From IMG/VR virus record IMGVR_UViG_3300038321_000427, positions 1-34,172 of that record: a stretch of 34,172 nucleotides of DNA; one strand, given 5' to 3'. The DNA is from a virus. Lineage: Duplodnaviria > Caudoviricetes. A program made the position numbers and the translations under genes. The notes below the pieces were generated by a model. It was given only the letters and a program-made list of their open reading frames with translations, did not search any database and was not told where the DNA came from. Shown one piece after another: positions 26,874 to 34,172 of this stretch; position 1 is the first letter of the stretch; every line of letters begins with the position of its first letter.

Positions 26874-27965
26874 ATGACAGGTACAGGAACAAGTACAGAC
26901 CCTTTTCTTGTGGCTACTGCAAGTGATTTATGTAATGTAGGAAATAATCTTAGTGCTTATTATAAGCAGACAGCAGATATTGATATGGCAGGAGTAACAT
27001 TTACACCTATAGGCGTATCAAATACTACAGCATTTACAGGTACATATGATGGAGATAATCATATAATCAGTAATTTAAGTATTAATGCAACTACAGATTA
27101 TACAGGAATGTTTACTTATGTTAATGGTGGAACACTAAAAAACATTAAATTATATAAAGAAATAGTAAATAGCACAAAAGGCTATACAGGAGGTTTAGCA
27201 GGACAAATAATCAATAATAGTAGTGTAACAAATTGTGGTTCTAGTGGAGCAACAATTACAGGAGTTAATTATATAGGTGGATTATTTGGAACTTGTGCTA
27301 GTAATGTAAGTAAATGTTTTGTGGTTGGATTAAATATGACTGGTACAAGTATTATGCTAGGTGGTTTTGCAGGAGCAATAAATGCAAATGTATCTTCACA
27401 AGTAACCATATCTCAATGTTTTGTGGAAGGTACAATTGATGGTACTGGACAAACATTTATTGGCGGATTTATAGGGATGCTAGGTGGTTATTATCTTGTA
27501 AAAGATTGTTATTCTAAATGTAATGTTAAAGGAAATATGTATGTTTCTGGTTTTGTAGCTTTTGCAGGTGGTGGAACAGGTTCAACCGTATTAAGTAATT
27601 GTTATACTGCTAGTCCCGTTACAGCAACAACTACTAATGCAGGAGCATTTACAGGAGAAACAGGTTCTAGTTTAACTATTACAAATTGTTATTGGGATAA
27701 AACAATATCTATTATTACAACTGATAAAGGTAATGCAAATTCTGGTTATGCTACTGCAAAAACTACAGCACAAATGCAAACTCAATCTACATTTACAAAT
27801 TATGATTTTACAAACATATGGGCGATTAATTCGGGTGAATATCCACACTTACAATATTATCAAGCAATTAATCCTAATCCAACACCACCAGTTACTCCAA
27901 CTTATAAGCAAGATTATCATAATTTAAGTTCACCTTTATTTGGAACGTTTTCACCTTTATTTTAA
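26874..27965 (+). CDS. GLUG-motif beta-helical protein, putative capsid spike or adhesin
   Basis: GTGTSTDPFLVATASDL, YKQTADID, FTGTYDGDNHIISNL, repeated GGLxG motifs, YDFTNIWAINSGEYPHL. Confidence 0.8.
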   Translation: MTGTGTSTDPFLVATASDLCNVGNNLSAYYKQTADIDMAGVTFTPIGVSNTTAFTGTYDGDNHIISNLSINATTDYTGMFTYVNGGTLKNIKLYKEIVNSTKGYTGGLAGQIINNSSVTNCGSSGATITGVNYIGGLFGTCASNVSKCFVVGLNMTGTSIMLGGFAGAINANVSSQVTISQCFVEGTIDGTGQTFIGGFIGMLGGYYLVKDCYSKCNVKGNMYVSGFVAFAGGGTGSTVLSNCYTASPVTATTTNAGAFTGETGSSLTITNCYWDKTISIITTDKGNANSGYATAKTTAQMQTQSTFTNYDFTNIWAINSGEYPHLQYYQAINPNPTPPVTPTYKQDYHNLSSPLFGTFSPLF

Positions 27966-27988
27966 CGATAAGGAGGTATTATATATAG

Positions 27989-28900
27989 ATGATAGAGCAA
28001 TTAAATAATTCAGTTAAATTTATGAGTTTTTTCACAAGTAGTAAAGTAGGAAAAACAGGTTTAACCGTTACAATAGATGTATTCAATCCTAGTGGTACTA
28101 AGATTGTCACAGATGGTTCATGTACTGAAATAGGAGATGGAATTTATGTCTATACTTTAGCAAGTACAAATACCAGTTCGGAAGGTGAATACATTGCAGT
28201 ATTCAAGACAAGTGATAGTTCCGTTGATATGCAAGATATACCTAGTTTATGGGTTATTGGTAGAGCAGGAGTGGAGCATTTAGATGGTAATATATCAGAT
28301 AAGGCTACACAAACAAGTGTTAATGCTATTCCTACAACTCCATTACTAAGTTCGGATACACGCCTTGATAATTTAGATAGTAAAGTTTCATTAATTGCTA
28401 AAAATCCACTATTGACAAATGATAGTCGTTTGGATAATTTGGATGCTAAAATATCGAGTATAAGTGGCGGTGGAAGTCCTTTACAATCTACAGATAGTAG
28501 GCTTGATAAATTGGCAAACTTAGATGCAGCAATTAGTACAAGAGCAAGTCAAACTTCTGTTAATTCAATTCCAACTAATCCATTACTTACAAATGACAGC
28601 AGATTAAATAATTTAGATGTTGCAGTTAGCACAAGGTCAACACAAAGTTCCATTGATAGTATTACAGGAAGTGGTAAAACTAAATGGACATATACTCTTA
28701 CTTTACCAGATAGCACAACTCCAATTCCAGAAGCTAATGTATGGATTACTACAGATATAGAGGGTAATAATATCATAGGTAGCACAGTAACCGACAGTTA
28801 TGGACAGGCTAATTTTGCAGTAGATAAAGGCACAATTTATGTATGGTGTGCTAAAACAGGTTATAAATTTAATAATCCAGATACGGAGGTGGTCGCATAA
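27989..28900 (+). CDS. Repeat-containing fibre or decoration protein
   Basis: Four PLxxxDxRLxxL..D-type repeats between two beta-sandwich-like domains. Confidence 0.7.
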   Translation: MIEQLNNSVKFMSFFTSSKVGKTGLTVTIDVFNPSGTKIVTDGSCTEIGDGIYVYTLASTNTSSEGEYIAVFKTSDSSVDMQDIPSLWVIGRAGVEHLDGNISDKATQTSVNAIPTTPLLSSDTRLDNLDSKVSLIAKNPLLTNDSRLDNLDAKISSISGGGSPLQSTDSRLDKLANLDAAISTRASQTSVNSIPTNPLLTNDSRLNNLDVAVSTRSTQSSIDSITGSGKTKWTYTLTLPDSTTPIPEANVWITTDIEGNNIIGSTVTDSYGQANFAVDKGTIYVWCAKTGYKFNNPDTEVVA

Positions 28901-29244
28901 TGGCAGGAAACGGAACAGGTGAAGTAATTCAAAGTGAGTTGCTTTTAGCTGATGTAAAAACTTTAATACCATTGAAACCTACTGATACAAGTAAAGATGA
29001 TATTATAAATCTTTATTTGAGAAGGGGTAATACAGCAATAGTAAAATATCTAAATGATAAAGCAGTTACAGATGCTAAAGCATATCCAGATGCACTTGTG
29101 GAATATGCCTTAGTTCGATATAGAAAACGACAAAATGAGGGTGTAAAACAAGCAACACAAGGTAATAGAAGTGTTACATGGGAAGGTGGACTTCCTCAAT
29201 CAGTAAAAGAATTATTGCCATTGCCTTGTATTGGATTAATGTAA
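28900..29244 (+). CDS. Head-tail connector/adaptor (SPP1 gp15/HK97 gp6-like)
   Basis: YRKRQNEG...QGNRSVTWEGGLPQSVKELLP. Confidence 0.82.
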   Translation: MAGNGTGEVIQSELLLADVKTLIPLKPTDTSKDDIINLYLRRGNTAIVKYLNDKAVTDAKAYPDALVEYALVRYRKRQNEGVKQATQGNRSVTWEGGLPQSVKELLPLPCIGLM

Positions 29245-29423
29245 TATAAGCTATATTGAATTTAATAGGAAAATTATTATGCCAGTTACCGTTTTGAACG
29301 CTATCGGATTTTAAGGTGGCTAGTTGGTAAAATATATTTACTTAGTGTTTTAAATTTAAAAGGGATGGTTACTTCACTTATAGAAATATATATGTATAAA
29401 ATTTATGATTGGAGTGGTTATTT

Positions 29424-29720
29424 ATGCTTTATCAATACAATGCAGAAGATTATGAAAAACCAATATCATTTATATCACCAAGTGGAAAAAGTTATGTAAA
29501 AGAATATGATGTGAGAAATGAGTACAATGTAGAATTTAATTTATCAACAATTGTTAACGAATATGATGATAACAAAATTGTTATATTAATTGTAGGTAAT
29601 CCAACAGAAAAAAATAAATTTAGGTTTAAATCAATTATAAGTAATGTTAAATTGGAAAAAGTTCAAATTTATAATAAGGATAATTCTTTTATATATTTTA
29701 AGTTACCTGATAAAAAATAA
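29424..29720 (+). CDS. Hypothetical moron-like protein
   Basis: Own upstream gap, GGAGTGG RBS and downstream terminator. Confidence 0.6.
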   Translation: MLYQYNAEDYEKPISFISPSGKSYVKEYDVRNEYNVEFNLSTIVNEYDDNKIVILIVGNPTEKNKFRFKSIISNVKLEKVQIYNKDNSFIYFKLPDKK

Positions 29721-29736
29721 ACAAGGAAATTATATT

Positions 29737-29762
29737 AGAACTCTTAGCTGAGTTCTTTTTTA
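29737..29762 (+). terminator. Rho-independent terminator
   Basis: AGAACTC-ttagct-GAGTTCT-TTTTT. Confidence 0.75.
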
Positions 29763-29863
29763 TGTAGAAATTAAACAAAATGACCGTGGGAGCAATGTCT
29801 TTTAGGGTGAACAAGGAAGAGTTAGAGAATTTAGCAAAGTAATTGATTAGAGGTGATAAAGTA

Positions 29864-30139
29864 ATGTTTTATGATACAGAAATTGAAATATGGGGTAATC
29901 CAATTAATTCAACTTATGATGATACTATATATGGAGATTTTCAAGAATATGATAAGAAACTAAAAATTGAAGAATTTACTTTTAATATAGACCATAGAGT
30001 ATTTTGTGATTATACAACTTTAATTACAGATAAATCCTATTTTAAAATTAATGGTGAACTTTATAAATGTATCAAACCAAAGATTTTTGATACTTACATG
30101 GAAGTAATGTTATATAAGTGTCAAGGAGGTGATAATTAG
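29864..30139 (+). CDS. Head-closure (SPP1 gp16-like) protein
   Basis: MFYDTEIEI...GDFQEY...RVFCD...YMEVML pattern; position after connector; GAGGTGA RBS. Confidence 0.65.
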   Translation: MFYDTEIEIWGNPINSTYDDTIYGDFQEYDKKLKIEEFTFNIDHRVFCDYTTLITDKSYFKINGELYKCIKPKIFDTYMEVMLYKCQGGDN

Positions 30140-32343
30140 TGTATGGAAATGTAAAAGGAAATTTAGTTGATAATATAGATAATAATTTTGATTTTCTCCT
30201 TTATGAAATAGGCATTAATATAAAAGTTAATCATGTTAATAAAAGAGCAATTATAATAGATAATACTGAAAAGCCTACTGATACAGATACTAAGATTATT
30301 GTTACTAATTTTCTTCTAAATCAAGGTGATTTAATTCATTATAATAATATGGATTGGCTTATTATGGGAGAAGTGGACACAAGTAAAAATACTTATAGAG
30401 CCAAAATAAATAAATGTAATTTTATAGTAAAATTTCCTATTTTATCAAATAACCCTTATAACTATGAAGTACCAGTATTAGTTCAAAAGGGAAAATTTAG
30501 TGTAGATAATGGCACATATATAAATCTTCCAGATGGTGAGGTATATGTTACTTGTCGAATTGATAATATTATAAATCCTATGGGAGCAAGTACCGACATT
30601 ATAGGATTAAATAGTGGTTTTATCAAATGGGCATATTGTTTTAAAATTACTGGAATTGATAAAACTAAGAAAGGATTAGTTACTTTTCATGCAGTTAATC
30701 AAGCAGTTCCGAATGATACTGTTATGTTAGATGAAGGTTATAATTCTACAGTTGTTAATACTATAAATATTAGTAATTCTATAGATAAACTAGAAATTGG
30801 AAATACTTATAAACCTACAGTAATAGTTACTTATAATGGAGCAGATATTACAAGTAAAGTCCCAATATATTATACAGCAGTAACAGATGATACTATTAGT
30901 GTTGCAAGTGATGGAACGGTTACACCAATTAAAGCAGGAAACGCAATTTTAGAAGTCTTTAGTCAAGGAGTATATAAAGATATATCTTTTGTTGTAAAAG
31001 ATGTTGATTATAGTATGGTTATTGCAAATGAAACTGAAAGTATTGGTATAAATTATGATTATGCCATGAATATAAATTGTTATAAAGATAGTATCATAGA
31101 TACTACACCAACAGTTACTTATATATCAAGCGACCCTACAATTGCCACAGTAGACAGCACAGGAAAAATAAGAGGTATTAAACATGGTAGTGTAAAAATT
31201 ACTGCTAAATATCATAACCATTCTAAGAGTATGTATATTAATATAATTCCTATAAACACAATTACAATTACTAATAAAATAAATCAATTAAAAGTTGATC
31301 AAACTTATACACCTACATTTGATTGTATTTCTAATAATGTAACCGACAATAATCCAAGTATTACATATACATCAAGTGACCCTACTATTTTAAGTGTAGA
31401 AAATGGAGTAATTACAGCCTTGAAAGCAGGAACAGCAACCGTTGTCATATCTTATAAAGATAAAATTGTTAGTGTGACTATTTTATGTAGTAATACAACT
31501 TATGCCGTATCAATTACAAATAAACCTTCTAGTGAATTAAATAATAATAGCACATATCAATTAAATTTGAATTGTACACAAGATGGAACAGTAGACAGCA
31601 ATCCTACAGTAACTTATGCTATATCAAATACAAATGTTGCTACTATAAATTCTACAGGTTTAATTAATTGTATTGGTATTGGTTCAGCCACTATTACAGT
31701 TTCTTATCATGGGGTAAGTGATAGCATAGATATTAATGTTGTTTCAGCACATAATTATGTATTATCAGTAAGTTCTACATCTATAAGTATAGAGAACGGT
31801 GGTAATGCTACAGTTACAGCAAGTGTCACAGACAAGAATATACCAGTAAGTAATCCTTCATTTACTTATTCTAGTGATAATGTAGATGTTGCTACTATAG
31901 ATAATACAGGAAAAGTTACAGGTGTTAGTGTTGGTTCTTGTAATATTACAGTTAATTTTGTTGGAGAGGATAATAATGTTTATACTAAAACAATAGCGGT
32001 TACAGTTACAGCACAATTAGTTAGAACTATAGGAATTACACTCAATCCTTCTGATACTTATGCTCGTGACCTTAATAGAATTAAAGTAGACCATACAGTA
32101 TCATATGTTATTAGTGAAACTGATAGCAATAGTAATATTATACCAGATACATTCAATGTTACAATAGAACCAATTGGCACACTTGATAGTAGTTATTATA
32201 CTTTAACTATTATAGATAATTATAACTTTAGTATCACTAATAATAAGGGTACAGGAAGTCAGTATATATATGCAGTTGTGACAAGTGCGACTAATCCTTC
32301 TCTTACTGCTAAAAATGAAATTAATTTAGCAGGTAGATGGTAA
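30139..32343 (+). CDS. Neck-like N-terminal domain fused to tandem Ig-like (Big_2) domains
   Basis: About five repeats of the YxSSDPTIATVDSTGKIRGIKHGSVKIT type; N-terminal GDLIHYNNMDWLI beta-barrel-like region. Confidence 0.85.
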   Translation: MYGNVKGNLVDNIDNNFDFLLYEIGINIKVNHVNKRAIIIDNTEKPTDTDTKIIVTNFLLNQGDLIHYNNMDWLIMGEVDTSKNTYRAKINKCNFIVKFPILSNNPYNYEVPVLVQKGKFSVDNGTYINLPDGEVYVTCRIDNIINPMGASTDIIGLNSGFIKWAYCFKITGIDKTKKGLVTFHAVNQAVPNDTVMLDEGYNSTVVNTINISNSIDKLEIGNTYKPTVIVTYNGADITSKVPIYYTAVTDDTISVASDGTVTPIKAGNAILEVFSQGVYKDISFVVKDVDYSMVIANETESIGINYDYAMNINCYKDSIIDTTPTVTYISSDPTIATVDSTGKIRGIKHGSVKITAKYHNHSKSMYINIIPINTITITNKINQLKVDQTYTPTFDCISNNVTDNNPSITYTSSDPTILSVENGVITALKAGTATVVISYKDKIVSVTILCSNTTYAVSITNKPSSELNNNSTYQLNLNCTQDGTVDSNPTVTYAISNTNVATINSTGLINCIGIGSATITVSYHGVSDSIDINVVSAHNYVLSVSSTSISIENGGNATVTASVTDKNIPVSNPSFTYSSDNVDVATIDNTGKVTGVSVGSCNITVNFVGEDNNVYTKTIAVTVTAQLVRTIGITLNPSDTYARDLNRIKVDHTVSYVISETDSNSNIIPDTFNVTIEPIGTLDSSYYTLTIIDNYNFSITNNKGTGSQYIYAVVTSATNPSLTAKNEINLAGRW

Positions 32344-32353
32344 TTTAGAATAG

Positions 32354-32402
32354 AAATAGAGTAAGCCCAACCATAGAAGGCAAGGCTTACTCTATTTTTT
32401 TA
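32354..32402 (+). terminator. Rho-independent terminator
   Basis: AAATAGAGTAAGCC...GGCTTACTCTATTT then a T-run. Confidence 0.8.
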
Positions 32403-32480
32403 TTTCATAAGAGATTATAAGTTAGTTATACCTCTTATTTTATATATGTCAACAAAAAATAAAACATTGCGGAGGTATTC

Positions 32481-32723
32481 ATGGAACGAAATGATAATGA
32501 TGTAATCCAAGAGATTTTAGAGAGGCTGGTCAGGATGGAAACAAAATTGGACGATTTTAATGCTTTACGAGAAAAGACCGATACAGCATTTACGACAAGC
32601 AAACAAAATGCTAAAGAAATAACAGAAATGAAAAGTAATGTTACATGGTGTTGGAGGACAACTATTGGAGCAATTATAGTAGCATTTATTAGTATATGGA
32701 TTAAATTACATGGAGGGATTTAA
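32481..32723 (+). CDS. xhlA: XhlA-family lysis protein
   Basis: EILERLVRMETKLD coiled coil; WCWRTTIGAII C-terminal TM. Confidence 0.85.
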   Translation: MERNDNDVIQEILERLVRMETKLDDFNALREKTDTAFTTSKQNAKEITEMKSNVTWCWRTTIGAIIVAFISIWIKLHGGI

Positions 32724-33577
32724 TGATAAAGGGTATAGATATAAATTCCAATAATAATATTTTAAATTGGCAAGAGGTAGCAAATTCTGGTGTTGAAGTA
32801 TTAATAAATAAGGCTACAGAAGGTAATTTTTATCAAGATAAATATTTTGATTACAGATATAAAACTGTAAGACCTTTAGGTATTAAATTTGGATGTTATC
32901 ATTTTGCAGGAAAGCATGGTGCGACCAATGAAGCAGAATATTTTGCTAATTATATTAAGGGTTATGAATTTGATACTATATTATTCTTAGATATTGAACA
33001 ACCACCCGAAAGTTATGGATGGCAATGGGGAGATAGTCTTAGTCCTTCTGAATATGTAAATGAGTTTATTCCTGCAATAGAAAAACTTACAGGACTTGAA
33101 TGTGGCATTTATACAGGACAATGTTTTTATGAAGATTTTCTACAAAATAAAATATCTTCTGATATAAAACTATGGATAGCAAAATATAGTTCTAATCCAC
33201 CTACAGGTTATCCAACTATTAGTTGGCAATATTCAGAGAGTGGAACAGTACAAGGTGCTGAAAAAGCAAATAGTATTGACTTAGATTATTTTAATGAAAA
33301 CATATTATTAAGTAATGGAGGTAGTAAGAAAGTGGAAAATATAGTTGTATATCATTATGGTGCAGATGAACATTCAGCAGAAATATTGGCTGATTACTTA
33401 CAATGTCCTACAATTTCTAGTGATAAAAAATTTGATTATACTTGTGTAAAGAATATTTATGGAGTTGGTTGTAAGAAAGAAGATTATACAAGCTATTTGA
33501 CAAAATTAATTAGTGGTGTAGATAAATATGGAACTTGCAGAGCAGTATTAGATTTTATTGCTAATGGTGGTAAATAA
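32723..33577 (+). CDS. GH25 endolysin with CTP1L-type C-terminal cell-wall binding domain
   Basis: KGIDIN, KATEG, GCYHF, LDIE, WQYS, IDLD; C-terminal VENIVVY...AEILADYLQCPTI. Confidence 0.92.
   Translation: MIKGIDINSNNNILNWQEVANSGVEVLINKATEGNFYQDKYFDYRYKTVRPLGIKFGCYHFAGKHGATNEAEYFANYIKGYEFDTILFLDIEQPPESYGWQWGDSLSPSEYVNEFIPAIEKLTGLECGIYTGQCFYEDFLQNKISSDIKLWIAKYSSNPPTGYPTISWQYSESGTVQGAEKANSIDLDYFNENILLSNGGSKKVENIVVYHYGADEHSAEILADYLQCPTISSDKKFDYTCVKNIYGVGCKKEDYTSYLTKLISGVDKYGTCRAVLDFIANGGK
33332..33577 (+). CDS. Internally initiated C-terminal domain of the endolysin (81 aa)
   Basis: GGAGGT at 33317-33322, 9 nt before the in-frame GTG (Val204). Confidence 0.7.
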   Translation: MENIVVYHYGADEHSAEILADYLQCPTISSDKKFDYTCVKNIYGVGCKKEDYTSYLTKLISGVDKYGTCRAVLDFIANGGK

Positions 33578-33591
33578 GTTAGGAGGTATAT

Positions 33592-33735
33592 ATGGGTAGC
33601 AAAACAATTAATAAAAGAATTGCCTATAAAACTCTTAATAAATATTTTAAAATAAATAAAGAAACTTTTGATAAACTAGATTATTACAATATAGAAATGT
33701 TATTAAATTTTGTATCAAATAAATTGAGTAAATAG
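33592..33735 (+). CDS. Small hypothetical protein (47 aa), absent from the ORF track
   Basis: AGGAGG RBS; MGSKTINKRIAYKTLNKYFK...VSNKLSK; fills the gap between lysin and last gene. Confidence 0.65.
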   Translation: MGSKTINKRIAYKTLNKYFKINKETFDKLDYYNIEMLLNFVSNKLSK

Positions 33736-33746
33736 GAGGGTATTTT

Positions 33747-34172
33747 ATGACATATATTATAACGGTTATATTAAAATTAGTAATCTCTTTAGCAATTATA
33801 ATACTTTCACCTTTTGCTTATAAAACATTGATGGCATTAGAAAGAAAATCTATTGCTTTAGCAGGAGAAAGTAATTATAATTTTCTAAGAATATTTGTAA
33901 CAGATTTAATTAAATCAAGACCACAAGAATTTTATGAGGATGAATTAGTAAAAATATTAAATACAATAGATAATAGATTTGGTAATAAGTTTACTGAAAA
34001 TGAAGTAAAAATGTTAGTAGATTCTGCTATAAAAGATTATGGAAAAACAGTTGTTAGTTCAATACCAGATGAAGGGACTACTACTGAAACAAAAGTTGAA
34101 GAAAAAACTGAAACTGATGTTATAGAAAAATTGCAGGAAACCATTGATTTATTAAAAGCTAATCAAAAATAA
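33747..34172 (+). CDS. Putative holin with one N-terminal TM (LL-H-like)
   Basis: Hydrophobic N-terminus, EVKMLVDSAIK motif, position in lysis cassette; AGGAGG RBS. Confidence 0.6.
   Translation: MTYIITVILKLVISLAIIILSPFAYKTLMALERKSIALAGESNYNFLRIFVTDLIKSRPQEFYEDELVKILNTIDNRFGNKFTENEVKMLVDSAIKDYGKTVVSSIPDEGTTTETKVEEKTETDVIEKLQETIDLLKANQK

Larger units (their letters stand above)
1..34172 (+). mobile_element. Integrated phage-like element (prophage or capsid-forming satellite) of a Clostridium-like host, encoding a YonO-like RNAP and lacking recognisable tail genes
   Basis: Integrase, helicase, terminase, portal, scaffold, capsid, connector and lysis genes are colinear and almost all on +; low GC; Firmicutes-type GGAGG RBSs; att sites not in window. 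Confidence 0.92.

Noticed and set aside
2118-28972. Numerous short antisense or nested ORFs in the track (e.g. 2118-2378, 3573-3857, 9274-9651, 9808-10203, 12059-12349, 19355-19684, 25999-26259, 27733-27927)
   Set aside because: Shadows of well-supported genes with no recognisable motifs
30139-32343. Diversity-generating retroelement target
   Set aside because: No reverse transcriptase or TR/VR pair; the Ig repeats are diverged protein repeats
1-34172. attL/attR sites, tRNA or rRNA genes
   Set aside because: Window is trimmed to gene boundaries; no terminal direct repeats or cloverleaf structures seen

Overview
AT-rich, Clostridium-like integrative phage-like element. The window runs from the integrase start codon to the last lysis-gene stop, so att sites lie outside it. 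Gene order: tyrosine integrase; HTH protein; accessory/defence-like cassette (membrane zinc-ribbon protein, HNH, possible PD-(D/E)xK nuclease); small repressor with operators; DUF3102/J-domain protein; SF2 helicase followed by an ori-like palindrome cluster; a ~600-nt ORF-free, hairpin-dense putative ncRNA; a 931-aa YonO-like single-subunit (RdRP-related, DxDGD) RNA polymerase; GIY-YIG endonuclease and accessory ORFs; terS; serine resolvase with res site; a repeat-rich putative packaging region; terL, portal, minor head protein, scaffold and capsid; GLUG and repeat fibre proteins; connector and closure; an Ig-domain protein; and an XhlA/GH25/holin lysis module. No tail tube, tape measure or baseplate genes are recognisable. 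The best candidate novel system is the helicase-ori-structured RNA-YonO polymerase module in an apparently tailless, capsid-forming element. All calls come from reading motifs by eye; no database searches or folding programs were run.
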